Positions 47,750 to 56,052 of a stretch of DNA of 64,000 nucleotides are shown here, piece after piece. This DNA is from Candidatus Saccharimonadia bacterium (GTDB lineage Bacteria > Patescibacteriota > Saccharimonadia > Saccharimonadales > JALRHH01). Every line of letters begins with the position of its first letter. The stretch's first letter is position 1. Position numbers and translations under genes: made by a program. The notes beneath the pieces were generated by a model, which saw nothing but the letters and a program-made list of their open reading frames with translations, had not been told where the DNA came from and did no database searches. The stretch covers positions 428,020 through 492,019 of the forward strand of contig JALRHH010000001.1 of assembly GCA_023253175.1 (NCBI GenBank), in the 5' to 3' direction.

Positions 47750-47758
47750 ATTATACCA
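47750..47758 (-). promoter_or_regulatory. extended -10 promoter TGGTATAAT, 9 nt from the rseP ATG
   Basis: The reverse complement of 47750-47758 is TGGTATAAT. There is no SD before the ATG at 47740. Confidence 0.5.
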
Positions 47759-47804
47759 AACAGGTCCTGAAAACTATAAGCTTTATACACTACCTGAATG
47801 TATT

Positions 47805-47891
47805 CTGTGAAAACTTTTTGTACCCAATATTTTCACAAAATAACAGATACAGAATGTCCCGTGAAAACTTTATTATCACAAAATTTTCATG
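47805..47891. repeat. composite double-hairpin intergenic element, copy B
   Basis: CTGTGAAAAC-N15-ATTTTCACA, then aaa-TAACAGATA-cagaatgtcc, then CGTGAAAAC-N15-TTTTCATG. It ends at the base before the uppS stop codon. Confidence 0.85.
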
Positions 47892-48584
47892 CTATTTGCC
47901 GAAGCGGCGTTTGCGATTGGAGTAATCTTCAAGTGCTACGTCGAGAGCTTGCTCATCAAAGTCAGGCCACATGGTATCCGTGAAATAGAGTTCAGCGTAC
48001 TCTGAGCGCCAAAGCATAAAGCCAGATGTGCGCCGTTCACCGGAAGTTCGAATGAGGAGGTCAATCTCCGGCACTTCAGGTGCGTAAACATGCTGCATGA
48101 TAAGTTCTGGGGTGATTTCTTCTGATGTAACACCAGAGTTAACAATTCCTTTTACAGCATCAACGAGCTCGGCCTTGCCGCCGTAGTTGAAACAGAGTGC
48201 TAACGTACCCCGTGTATTGTCCCGTGTGAGTTCCTCTGTCTTTTCAATAGCTTTTAAGACTGATTTATCAAGCCCTTCGCGGCGACCAAGCAGCACAATC
48301 TTTATATTGGCTTCATGAAATGTCTTTAGATGTTTCTCGACCGCTTTGATGAGCAGTTTCATCAAGTAACCCACTTCTTCTTCAGTACGTTGCCAGTTCT
48401 CTGTCGAAAACGTATAAGCACTGACATACTTCACGCCGCGATCAAATGCCGCGAGAGATACTGCCCTGAATGCCTCGGCTCCTTGCCTGTGGCCTTCGAG
48501 CGTTGGCAGTCCTTTTGCTTTTGCCCAACGACGATTACCATCAAGAATCAGCCCAACATGTGCCGGAATCGATTGCTCGCTCAT
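47892..48584 (-). CDS. uppS: isoprenyl transferase (undecaprenyl-diphosphate synthase)
   Basis: HVGLILDGNRRWAK and the C-terminal RTSGERRTSGFMLW are typical of UppS. Confidence 0.95.
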   Translation of the reverse strand: MSEQSIPAHVGLILDGNRRWAKAKGLPTLEGHRQGAEAFRAVSLAAFDRGVKYVSAYTFSTENWQRTEEEVGYLMKLLIKAVEKHLKTFHEANIKIVLLGRREGLDKSVLKAIEKTEELTRDNTRGTLALCFNYGGKAELVDAVKGIVNSGVTSEEITPELIMQHVYAPEVPEIDLLIRTSGERRTSGFMLWRSEYAELYFTDTMWPDFDEQALDVALEDYSNRKRRFGK

Positions 48585-48587
48585 AAA

Positions 48588-49151
48588 TTAGACTGTTAGG
48601 ATTTCTTGCTCTTTGGCCTTGGACGCTGCCTCAGCCTGTGTCTTGTACTGTGTCAGGTTATCTTCGACTTGCTTCTGAAGGCGCTTCGCCTCGTCTTCAC
48701 CAATTTCTTTGTCTTTTTTACCCTGATCAATTGCATCCATCGCATCACGGCGAATGTTTCGGAGCACAACCATGCAGTCTTCAAGCTTACCGCCCACAAC
48801 CTTTACGTATTCGCGGCGACGCTCTTCGTTGAGCGGGGGGATTGGCACGCGAACCACACGGCCATCGTCAGATGGATTAAGCCCAAGTGTTGGATTATCA
48901 CGAATTGCAGATGCAATCGCTTGGATGTTACCCGGGTCAAACGGAGTGATCTGTAGTAACTGGCCTTCTGGAGCAGTCACATTTCCAACCTGAATCAGCG
49001 GCATATCGGCGCCATATGCCTTGACGACAACACCATCAAGCATGCTTGGGTGTGCACGTCCCGTTCGAACGCTCTTTAAGTCTTCTTCAAAATGTTTTAC
49101 TGCATTTTGGAATTTTGTATCCGCATCATTGACTGCCTGCACTGGATTCAT
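48588..49151 (-). CDS. frr: ribosome recycling factor
   Basis: 187 aa. Typical RRF pattern (…VRTGRAHPSMLD…VPIPPLNEERRREYVK…). Confidence 0.95.
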   Translation of the reverse strand: MNPVQAVNDADTKFQNAVKHFEEDLKSVRTGRAHPSMLDGVVVKAYGADMPLIQVGNVTAPEGQLLQITPFDPGNIQAIASAIRDNPTLGLNPSDDGRVVRVPIPPLNEERRREYVKVVGGKLEDCMVVLRNIRRDAMDAIDQGKKDKEIGEDEAKRLQKQVEDNLTQYKTQAEAASKAKEQEILTV

Positions 49152-49185
49152 AGAAATCTCCTGTCTTACTAACTACTAAGTATAG

Positions 49186-49215
49186 AAAAAAACAGCGGTA
49201 AATTCTACCGCTGTT
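49186..49215 (-). terminator. rho-independent terminator between the 83-aa ORF and frr
   Basis: AACAGCGGTA-aattc-TACCGCTGTT, with an A7 run on the plus strand that gives U7 on the minus strand. Confidence 0.7.
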
Positions 49216-49235
49216 TTCGTTTTATTGAACGTCCT

Positions 49236-49487
49236 CTATGGATTAAGGCTATCACAACGCGCGGAAGAGTGTTCGGCAAAACATTCATCCATTTGATGCC
49301 GCTCATCCTCACCCCAGTCACGAATAGTGGAATAATTATCCATTACAACATCCCTGAGTTCTAGCGTAGGATTGCCACTCCACCACTGATGGATGACATC
49401 CTGTACGAATGTACGGCACCTCTCTAGCTGCTCAGCATCATCGATTAATCGAAGGCCACACTCACCGCACGGCGATTTCTCTCTCAT
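49236..49487 (-). CDS. hypothetical Cys-containing small protein
   Basis: 83 aa with an N-terminal CGEC plus three further Cys residues. It occupies the position between tsf and frr. Confidence 0.45.
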   Translation of the reverse strand: MREKSPCGECGLRLIDDAEQLERCRTFVQDVIHQWWSGNPTLELRDVVMDNYSTIRDWGEDERHQMDECFAEHSSARCDSLNP

Positions 49488-49494
49488 AGTGAAG

Positions 49495-50094
49495 CTAGGC
49501 TACTTCGCCAAGGGCGATGCGAGAGAAGCGACGCACAACTACGTTCTCGTTCATCAGAGCAGCTTGCTGCTTCACGTAGTCACCGACCGTCTGGTCTGGG
49601 TTCTTGATGTAAGGCTGGTCCATAAGACATAGCTCAGCAAAGTACTTCTTGAGCTGACCTTCAACAATTTGATCAGCCATTTCAGCTGGCTTGTTCTTGA
49701 GTGCATCACTTGCGAGCAGTTCCTGCTTCTTAGCTTCACGTGTTTCTGCAGGGATATCATCCGCACTGACGTATGCAGGTGCTGATGCAGCAATGTGCAT
49801 CGCAACATCCTTTACGAGTTCTGCAAAGATATCACCGCGAGCCACAAAGTCTGTCTCACAGTTAAGTTCAACGATTACACCGATACGGCCGCCATGGTTG
49901 TATGTGCCAACCTGACCTTCGCGTGCTTCACGCTCACCACGCTTTTCAGCCTTGGTAAGTCCCTTTTTACGCATCGCTTCAAGTGCTTTATCAAAGTCGC
50001 CTTCTGCCTCTACAAGTGCAGCTTTAGCGTCGGTAATACCAACACCAGTTAGTTCGCGTAGGCGCTTGATTTCTTCGATACTAATATTTGCCAT
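49495..50094 (-). CDS. tsf: translation elongation factor Ts (short form)
   Basis: The N-terminal UBA-like IKRLRELTGVGITDAKAALVEAEGDFDKALEAMRKKG is canonical. 199 aa. Confidence 0.95.
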   Translation of the reverse strand: MANISIEEIKRLRELTGVGITDAKAALVEAEGDFDKALEAMRKKGLTKAEKRGEREAREGQVGTYNHGGRIGVIVELNCETDFVARGDIFAELVKDVAMHIAASAPAYVSADDIPAETREAKKQELLASDALKNKPAEMADQIVEGQLKKYFAELCLMDQPYIKNPDQTVGDYVKQQAALMNENVVVRRFSRIALGEVA

Positions 50095-50265
50095 TTTTTT
50101 CTCCTTTACGTGCGTGCATACGTATGTGGCACATTCTTAGGCGTCGAGCTTACGTCTGATCCTTCACCGTACTTCAGTACGCTTCAGGCTCAAGCCTCGC
50201 TCGTCATCCTAGACTGCACTCACCTACATATCCACTTAACAGTGGTTATTTCTTGTTAAAAAGAG

Positions 50266-51003
50266 CTATTTCTCGTCTTTGTCAGCTGATTTTGCTTCTG
50301 ACTTTTTAGCAGCCTTAGCAGCACCCGCTGTGATAGCAGCCTCTACGTAACTACCGATAAGCTGGATAGCCTTGATCGCGTCGTCGTTCGCAGGAATTGG
50401 GTATGCAACCTGACTTGGATCTGCGTTGGTATCAACAAGTGCAACGACAGGCACACCAAGCTTGTTCGCTTCGCGCACTGCGTTTACGTCGTGAGTAACA
50501 TCGAATACAAATACTGCACCTGGTTTTGCAGCCAAGTTCTTGATTCCACCATAAATGTGGTTCATGTCATCGATTTCTTCCTGGAAACGCTGTACTTCGA
50601 GCTTGTTGTACTTGGTCGCAAGCGCGCCAGATTCCATCTTGCCCTCAAGATCCTTGAGGTGCTTCACGCGGCCGCCAATAGTGTTACGGTTTGTGAGCAT
50701 ACCGCCGAGCCATCGCTCTACAACAAATGGTTGTTTGGTGTTTTCAGCGATCTGCTTTGCAACATCGTGCGCCTGGCGCTTCGTACCAACGATAAGAATC
50801 TGCTTACCTTCAGCCGCTGTGTTCTCGAGGAAGTTCAGCGCTGACTCAAGGCTAGAAACAGTCTTGGTAAGATCGATGATATGGCTACCACCGCGCTTAC
50901 TGTGGATGTACTGAGCCATCTTAGGGTGCCAACGACTGGTCTTGTGACCAAAGTGAGCACCTGCTTCTAATAGTTTTTTGATATCAACATCAACTGATGC
51001 CAT
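50266..51003 (-). CDS. rpsB: 30S ribosomal protein S2
   Basis: MASVDVDIKKLLEAGAHFGHKTSRWHPKM is a canonical S2 N-terminus. I prefer the ATG at 51003 to the track start at 51069. Confidence 0.95.
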   Translation of the reverse strand: MASVDVDIKKLLEAGAHFGHKTSRWHPKMAQYIHSKRGGSHIIDLTKTVSSLESALNFLENTAAEGKQILIVGTKRQAHDVAKQIAENTKQPFVVERWLGGMLTNRNTIGGRVKHLKDLEGKMESGALATKYNKLEVQRFQEEIDDMNHIYGGIKNLAAKPGAVFVFDVTHDVNAVREANKLGVPVVALVDTNADPSQVAYPIPANDDAIKAIQLIGSYVEAAITAGAAKAAKKSEAKSADKDEK

Positions 51004-51136
51004 AAAATAGAACCTTTCTTGAATCCTTGACCTTCGGATGGATGCCAATACGGATCTCGAGCGAGACATCGTACCAGAGGATTCTTTCCAACCTGCTTAC
51101 TTAATTACCAAGCTATTCTAACAGAGTAGAGACAGA

Positions 51137-51165
51137 TTGACAATACCTAAGCATTGCGGTAAACT
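51137..51165 (+). promoter_or_regulatory. sigma70-like promoter TTGACA-N17-TAAACT for rpmE2
   Basis: TTGACA at 51137-51142 and TAAACT at 51160-51165, about 75 nt upstream of the ATG at 51242. Confidence 0.5.
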
Positions 51166-51241
51166 GTCCCAGTTATAACGTTGACTGCAGCAAGGCCTAC
51201 TGCTAACCAGCGAAATCATTAATTGGCCAAGGATTTATACA

Positions 51242-51580
51242 ATGAAAAAAGATATCCACCCAAGCAACTACCGCCCCGTAGTTTTCCAGGATCTAAATAC
51301 TAACGACACCTTTCTGACTCGTTCTGTTGTTGCAACAGATGATAAGATTACGCTCGACGGCGTAGAATACCCACTCGTTAAGATCCACATTTCTAGCAAG
51401 TCTCACCCGTTCTTCACTGGGCAGGAAAAGATGCTCGACATCGAAGGTCGTGTTGACAAGTTCAAGGCTCGCCAAGAAGCAGCTAAAGAGCGCGCAGAAG
51501 CACTTAAGAAGGCAGCAGCTAAGAAATCAGCAGCTAAGCCATCTAACAAAGAAGCAGCTAAGAAGCTCGGCGAAAAGTAA
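51242..51580 (+). CDS. rpmE2: 50S ribosomal protein L31, type B, with Lys/Ala-rich C-terminal extension
   Basis: MKKDIHPSNYRPVVFQD… without the CxxC zinc motif indicates type B. The C-terminus has about 35 extra residues (AAKERAEALKKAAAKKSAAKPSNKEAAKK). Confidence 0.9.
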   Translation: MKKDIHPSNYRPVVFQDLNTNDTFLTRSVVATDDKITLDGVEYPLVKIHISSKSHPFFTGQEKMLDIEGRVDKFKARQEAAKERAEALKKAAAKKSAAKPSNKEAAKKLGEK

Positions 51581-51595
51581 CTACAGAGATTTAAG

Positions 51596-51624
51596 ACCAC
51601 CCGTCACTTCGATGGGTGGTTTTT
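51596..51624 (+). terminator. rho-independent terminator after rpmE2
   Basis: ACCACCC-gtcacttcgat-GGGTGGT followed by TTTT. Confidence 0.75.
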
Positions 51625-51653
51625 AATTGCATACGGGTATACTAAGTAAGACT

Positions 51654-52718
51654 ATGGAAGCCAAAGAACAAGCCCTTCGCGCGGAATACGCAGAATTACA
51701 GGAAAAGTTACAAGATCCTGGTGTGTTTAGTACACCTGAGTACCCAAAGCTCGCCAAGCGTCAGAGCAAGCTCGAGGCAATCATTTCCCTATTTGATGAG
51801 TATTATCAGCTGCAGGACGCTAAAAAACAGGCAGAAGAGATTGTTGCCAGCGGCGATGCCGAGATGACCGAGCTTGCAGAGCTGGAGCTTACCGAACTAG
51901 AACCCAAGATTGCAAGCAACGACGAGCAGCTCGCAGAAGCCCTGACACCGAAAGATCCAAATGACGAAAAAGACATCGTCATCGAAATTCGCGCAGCTGC
52001 CGGAGGCGACGAATCAGCTATTTTTGGCGGAGAGCTATACCGCATGTATGTCCGCTGGGCAGAAGCGCACGGCTACAAAACAGAACTTATTAGCGAAAGC
52101 CCTTCTGATAATGGTGGTTTCAAAGAAATCGTCTTTGAAATTCACGCTGATGATGCCTACCGCATGCTCAAGTTCGAGGCTGGCGTGCATCGTGTTCAGC
52201 GTGTCCCTGCAACGGAATCTCAAGGTCGCATCCACACCAGTACCGTAACCGTGGCAGTCATGCCGGTGGCCGAAGAAACTGATATCGAAATCCACCCGAA
52301 TGACCTCCGTATCGATGTATACCGCGCCGGTGGCCATGGTGGCCAGTCGGTTAACACAACAGACAGTGCCGTGCGTATTACCCACCTTCCATCAGGTCTT
52401 GTCGTCAGCAACCAGGATGAAAAATCCCAGATCAAAAACAAGGAAAAAGCCATGAGCGTCCTCCGTTCACGACTCCTCCAGCACAAGATCGATGAAGAAC
52501 AGTCTAAGCTATCAGAAGCTCGCCGTAAACTCATCGGCTCAGGTGACCGCTCTGAGAAAATCCGTACCTATAACTTCCCGCAGGACCGTATCACCGATCA
52601 CCGCGTTGGCTATTCACGTAGCAACATCCCCGCTGCCCTTGCTGGTGATATCGACGACATCATCGAACAACTCCATGATTATGAACGCCAACTTATCAAC
52701 GACGAGCCAGCAGCTTAG
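51654..52718 (+). CDS. prfA: peptide chain release factor 1
   Basis: PAT tripeptide ([14 protein letters not shown]) and the GGQ motif ([22 protein letters not shown]). I prefer the ATG at 51654, 10 nt after a TATACT box. Confidence 0.95.
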   Translation: MEAKEQALRAEYAELQEKLQDPGVFSTPEYPKLAKRQSKLEAIISLFDEYYQLQDAKKQAEEIVASGDAEMTELAELELTELEPKIASNDEQLAEALTPKDPNDEKDIVIEIRAAAGGDESAIFGGELYRMYVRWAEAHGYKTELISESPSDNGGFKEIVFEIHADDAYRMLKFEAGVHRVQRVPATESQGRIHTSTVTVAVMPVAEETDIEIHPNDLRIDVYRAGGHGGQSVNTTDSAVRITHLPSGLVVSNQDEKSQIKNKEKAMSVLRSRLLQHKIDEEQSKLSEARRKLIGSGDRSEKIRTYNFPQDRITDHRVGYSRSNIPAALAGDIDDIIEQLHDYERQLINDEPAA

Positions 52719-53514
52719 GTTAGCTGAAAAACTTCTAGCAGATGCAGGTATTGAGTCAGCACGACTTGACAGCTTGATATTACTTGAAGATGTGACCGGC
52801 AAGGGTCGTGCTCACTTACTGGCACACCCGGAACTTGAGCTTACAGCTGAGCAACAGGAGAAACTTGATAGCATGGTTCAGCGCAGACTAACACACGAAC
52901 CGCTCGCATATATCCGCGGTAAGGCGGAGTTTTATGGCCGTGAATTCATCGTTAACGAAGATGTGCTTGTTCCCCGCCCGGAATCGGAATCAATGATCGA
53001 TATACTTTCTCGCTATGGTCATATTCCGCTCATCATTGATGTTGGCACAGGTAGCGGTGCACTGGCAATATCTGCCGCGCTAACTAAACCTGACTCAGAA
53101 GTTATTGCAGTAGATATTGATGAAAACTGCCTGGGGGTTACCAAACAAAATGCCAAGCAGCTCGGCGCTGATATCGAAACAAAGCACGGTGATTTACTCA
53201 GAAATATTAATCTTGATGCTTACCCTGGACCTGTTGCTATACTCGCCAATCTTCCATACGTACCGGACGAATATGAAATAAATCAGGCTGCGAACCATGA
53301 ACCAAAACTCGCATTATTTGGTGGACCCGATGGGCTCGACCTGTACCGCATTATGTTTGATCAATTAGACGCGTTTGAAGACCAAGAGATCATTGTGATA
53401 ACGGAGACCCTGGAGTCGCAGCACGACAACCTAGCAGGCATCGCCAAAAATCACGGCTTCGTCCCCGGCAAGACTGAAGTGCTCACCCAATCATTTACAC
53501 GCATCCCCGTATAA
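52681..53514 (+). CDS. prmC: release factor glutamine N5-methyltransferase (HemK/PrmC)
   Basis: SAM motif [14 protein letters not shown]. The catalytic tetrapeptide reads NLPY instead of NPPY. The start overlaps the prfA 3' end (ATG at 52681 or 52675); the track ORF starting at 52492 is over-extended. Confidence 0.85.
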   Translation: MNANLSTTSQQLRLAEKLLADAGIESARLDSLILLEDVTGKGRAHLLAHPELELTAEQQEKLDSMVQRRLTHEPLAYIRGKAEFYGREFIVNEDVLVPRPESESMIDILSRYGHIPLIIDVGTGSGALAISAALTKPDSEVIAVDIDENCLGVTKQNAKQLGADIETKHGDLLRNINLDAYPGPVAILANLPYVPDEYEINQAANHEPKLALFGGPDGLDLYRIMFDQLDAFEDQEIIVITETLESQHDNLAGIAKNHGFVPGKTEVLTQSFTRIPV

Positions 53515-53530
53515 CCGTATACTTTAGCGT

Positions 53531-53959
53531 ATGCATAAGATTTATTTTGCCTGCTCTATCCGTGGTGGCCGAGATGATGCAGAAATATACCAAGAACTGG
53601 TTGACCACATTAAAACTAAGGCTGTTGTTTTGACTGAAATTTTTGCCGACAATAAGCTCACGCCCCAAGGCAGCCCTGACCCTAGCGAGTTTATTCATGA
53701 ACGAGACATGTCATGGGTAACCGAAGCTGATGCGGTTATTGCCGAGGTTAGCAATCCAAGCCTCGGCGTAGGCTACGAAATTGCCAAGGCAGAAGAGATG
53801 GGCAAACCGGTACTTGCCCTGTATCGGCCACAAGAAGGCCGTAAACTTTCTGCTATGATCGAAGGATCACCACAGACGGATGTCGTTACCTATACTTCTG
53901 CCAAGGAAGCCTCATTTGCCATCAATGGATTCATTGAATATCTTGCCGTGAAAAGTTAG
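53531..53959 (+). CDS. DNPH1/Rcl-like 2'-deoxynucleoside 5'-phosphate N-hydrolase (nucleoside 2-deoxyribosyltransferase superfamily)
   Basis: KIYFACSIRGGRDD…VLTE…HERDMSWVTEADAVIAEVSNPSLGVGYEIA…LSAMI closely parallels the DNPH1 pattern (YFCGSIRGGRED…PSLGVGYE…LSAMI). Confidence 0.8.
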   Translation: MHKIYFACSIRGGRDDAEIYQELVDHIKTKAVVLTEIFADNKLTPQGSPDPSEFIHERDMSWVTEADAVIAEVSNPSLGVGYEIAKAEEMGKPVLALYRPQEGRKLSAMIEGSPQTDVVTYTSAKEASFAINGFIEYLAVKS

Positions 53960-54038
53960 ACCCTAGGCCTTTTCACGAAATAACAGATATACGAAAACCG
54001 CGTGAAAACTTCTGTAGCAAAAGTTTTCACGCGGTTTT
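53947..54038. repeat. composite double-hairpin intergenic element, copy C (second hairpin is an 18-bp perfect stem and bidirectional terminator)
   Basis: CGTGAAAAG-N13-CTTTTCACG, then aaa-TAACAGATA-tacg, then AAAACCGCGTGAAAACTT-ctgtagcaa-AAGTTTTCACGCGGTTTT. The first arm overlaps the stop codon of the DNPH1-like gene. The element ends 12 nt from the htrA stop. Confidence 0.9.
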
Positions 54039-54049
54039 ATAGTAAGAAC

Positions 54050-55252
54050 TTATTGCTTGAATGCTTCGAGCGTAATAGTTATTTTCTGCTCTTTACCGTC
54101 ACGGACAACGGTTAATTCAACTTTTTCACCCACCGCCTTACGGCTCACGAGCGACACAAGGCTATTCTTTTCGTCGATGCTTGTGCCATCGATCTTGGTA
54201 ATAATATCCTTCTCTTTGAGGCCAGCCTTTTCTGCTGGGCTACCACTTATGATGGCAGAGCCGCTTTGGCTTGGCGCCAAATATGCACCGCGCTTTACAT
54301 TCAAATTATATTGATAGGCATATTCATCATTAAGCGTAACGTAGCGGATACCAAGGTATGGACGCTCTAATTTGCCCTTTTCCAGCACCGTCTTTACAAG
54401 TCCCTGCACATCATTGATTGGGATCGCAAAACCAATGTTTTCCGCACCACCACTTGCAACTGCAGTGTTGATACCAATTACTTCGCCGCTGATATTTACG
54501 AGTGGACCACCAGAGTTACCTTCATTAATTGCAGTATCGGTCTGGAATAAATTCTGGAGTGATTCTGATTCAGATCCATCTGAACTTCCTGCTTCTAGAT
54601 CACGACCATAGCCGGAGATGATGCCAGAGGTAACGGTGTTCTGGAACTGACCAAGTGCATTACCGATTGCCACAGCCTTATCACCAACCTGGACCTTGCT
54701 TGAATCACCCAGCTTAGCAGCGGTCAGCTTCTTGCCCTTGGTATCCTTGATTTTAAGGAATGCGATATCAAGCGTATCGGAGTTAGAAGTCTGCCCCACA
54801 AGCTCTACATCATCAAGCGTCGTGCCATCAGATAAGGTTACTGAGATATCATCAGAAGCGCCGTCTACGACGTGGCGATTCGTAATTACATAGCCGCTCT
54901 CGCTAATGATTACACCAGTGCCAGCACTCTGCTGTTCGTAAGATCGGCTACGACCAAAGAAATCGGTTTGCTGCGCCTGGGTTGTTACATCTATCGATAC
55001 GACGCTCGGACTCACCGTCTTTGCAATATCAGAAATCAGTTGACTCTCATTCAATACCACCTGTTGATCGGCTTTTGAGATAGTCGAATTAACCGCATCT
55101 CGCTCCTTCGCGCCTGAGCCGAGCCAACCACCCAAGAAGCCAAATGATAGACTTGCCACGAGCAAGAATACGACCCCCAAAGATTTAGATTTATCTGCTA
55201 CCGGTATTTTTGGCAATTTCATAGCACCCTCTGTTTTGTTGTCTTTGCTCAT
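54050..55252 (-). CDS. htrA: HtrA/DegP-type serine protease with PDZ domain
   Basis: N-terminal TM, catalytic TNRHVV…D…GNSGGPLVN and a C-terminal PDZ domain (GSPAEKAGLKEKDIITKIDG). Confidence 0.9.
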   Translation of the reverse strand: MSKDNKTEGAMKLPKIPVADKSKSLGVVFLLVASLSFGFLGGWLGSGAKERDAVNSTISKADQQVVLNESQLISDIAKTVSPSVVSIDVTTQAQQTDFFGRSRSYEQQSAGTGVIISESGYVITNRHVVDGASDDISVTLSDGTTLDDVELVGQTSNSDTLDIAFLKIKDTKGKKLTAAKLGDSSKVQVGDKAVAIGNALGQFQNTVTSGIISGYGRDLEAGSSDGSESESLQNLFQTDTAINEGNSGGPLVNISGEVIGINTAVASGGAENIGFAIPINDVQGLVKTVLEKGKLERPYLGIRYVTLNDEYAYQYNLNVKRGAYLAPSQSGSAIISGSPAEKAGLKEKDIITKIDGTSIDEKNSLVSLVSRKAVGEKVELTVVRDGKEQKITITLEAFKQ

Positions 55253-55290
55253 GCTAACCCCCTTTGCTGAGAAACTACTGAAATAACTGG

Positions 55291-56052
55291 TTACAGTGTT
55301 TTATCGCCCCAGTCAGAGAAGACTAGAACAACTAAAACGACCGCAAACATAATAAACATGAATTGACGCTTCACGAGCGGCGTCAGTCGATCCTTATCAT
55401 CAAGGTAGTACATACCGCCAAGCCCGAAACCGAGCACCGTCAAAAGCAGTGCTGGCTGCGGAATAACTCCATAGAACAAGAGCCAGTGCCCAAGCAGCCA
55501 CACGAGCGCTGCGCTGAAATAGGCCCATGTGTAGGCGTAAAAGTCATTAAAATCATCCTCAAAACTCGTGAAGAAATGCCGGGCAGAGAGATACGCTACG
55601 AGCCAGGTCACAATCACCATCAGAAGTGTTGGTGCGTCAACCCAAGTCATGTAGGTCGCCACTAAGCCAGTTGCCAAGCTAATCAGTGCTTGACTTGACA
55701 CAAAGAAGACCGATGAGCGAGGCTTAATAAATACCAACCAAACTCCGTACAGTAGCGCGATAGTAAGCTGCGCGAGCGCGCTCGAGGTGTGACTCATGAA
55801 AATCACGACAGATAGCCCAACAATAATATCAACTGCGTTAGAGATTAAATTAACGAGCCAGTAGCGCGGCCTGACAACAAACATACGCCATTTACTGAGT
55901 AATACAAGCAGTAGCGCAAGTGTTACAAAATCAATCCGAACAAGTACAAAAAGAATTGCCGGCAAGAATGATGCAAGACCAATATGGAAATAGTGGGCGA
56001 AGCCCTGGGCAGGTTTTAGTTTACTAGAGTTCAGTCGGCCGGCAATTTTCAT
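55291..56052 (-). CDS. hypothetical polytopic membrane protein
   Basis: 253 aa with about 7-8 TM segments and no recognised family. GGAGG SD 7 nt upstream. Confidence 0.55.
   Translation of the reverse strand: MKIAGRLNSSKLKPAQGFAHYFHIGLASFLPAILFVLVRIDFVTLALLLVLLSKWRMFVVRPRYWLVNLISNAVDIIVGLSVVIFMSHTSSALAQLTIALLYGVWLVFIKPRSSVFFVSSQALISLATGLVATYMTWVDAPTLLMVIVTWLVAYLSARHFFTSFEDDFNDFYAYTWAYFSAALVWLLGHWLLFYGVIPQPALLLTVLGFGLGGMYYLDDKDRLTPLVKRQFMFIMFAVVLVVLVFSDWGDKTL

Noticed and set aside
50095-50265. Possible SRP (4.5S) RNA in the rpsB-tsf spacer
   Set aside because: The apical loop is UGAA and the internal loops are GAAG/GUGA. These do not match the conserved domain IV pattern (GNRA loop with AGCA/GGA-type loops) as I recall it. 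It is kept only as an unclassified structured spacer.
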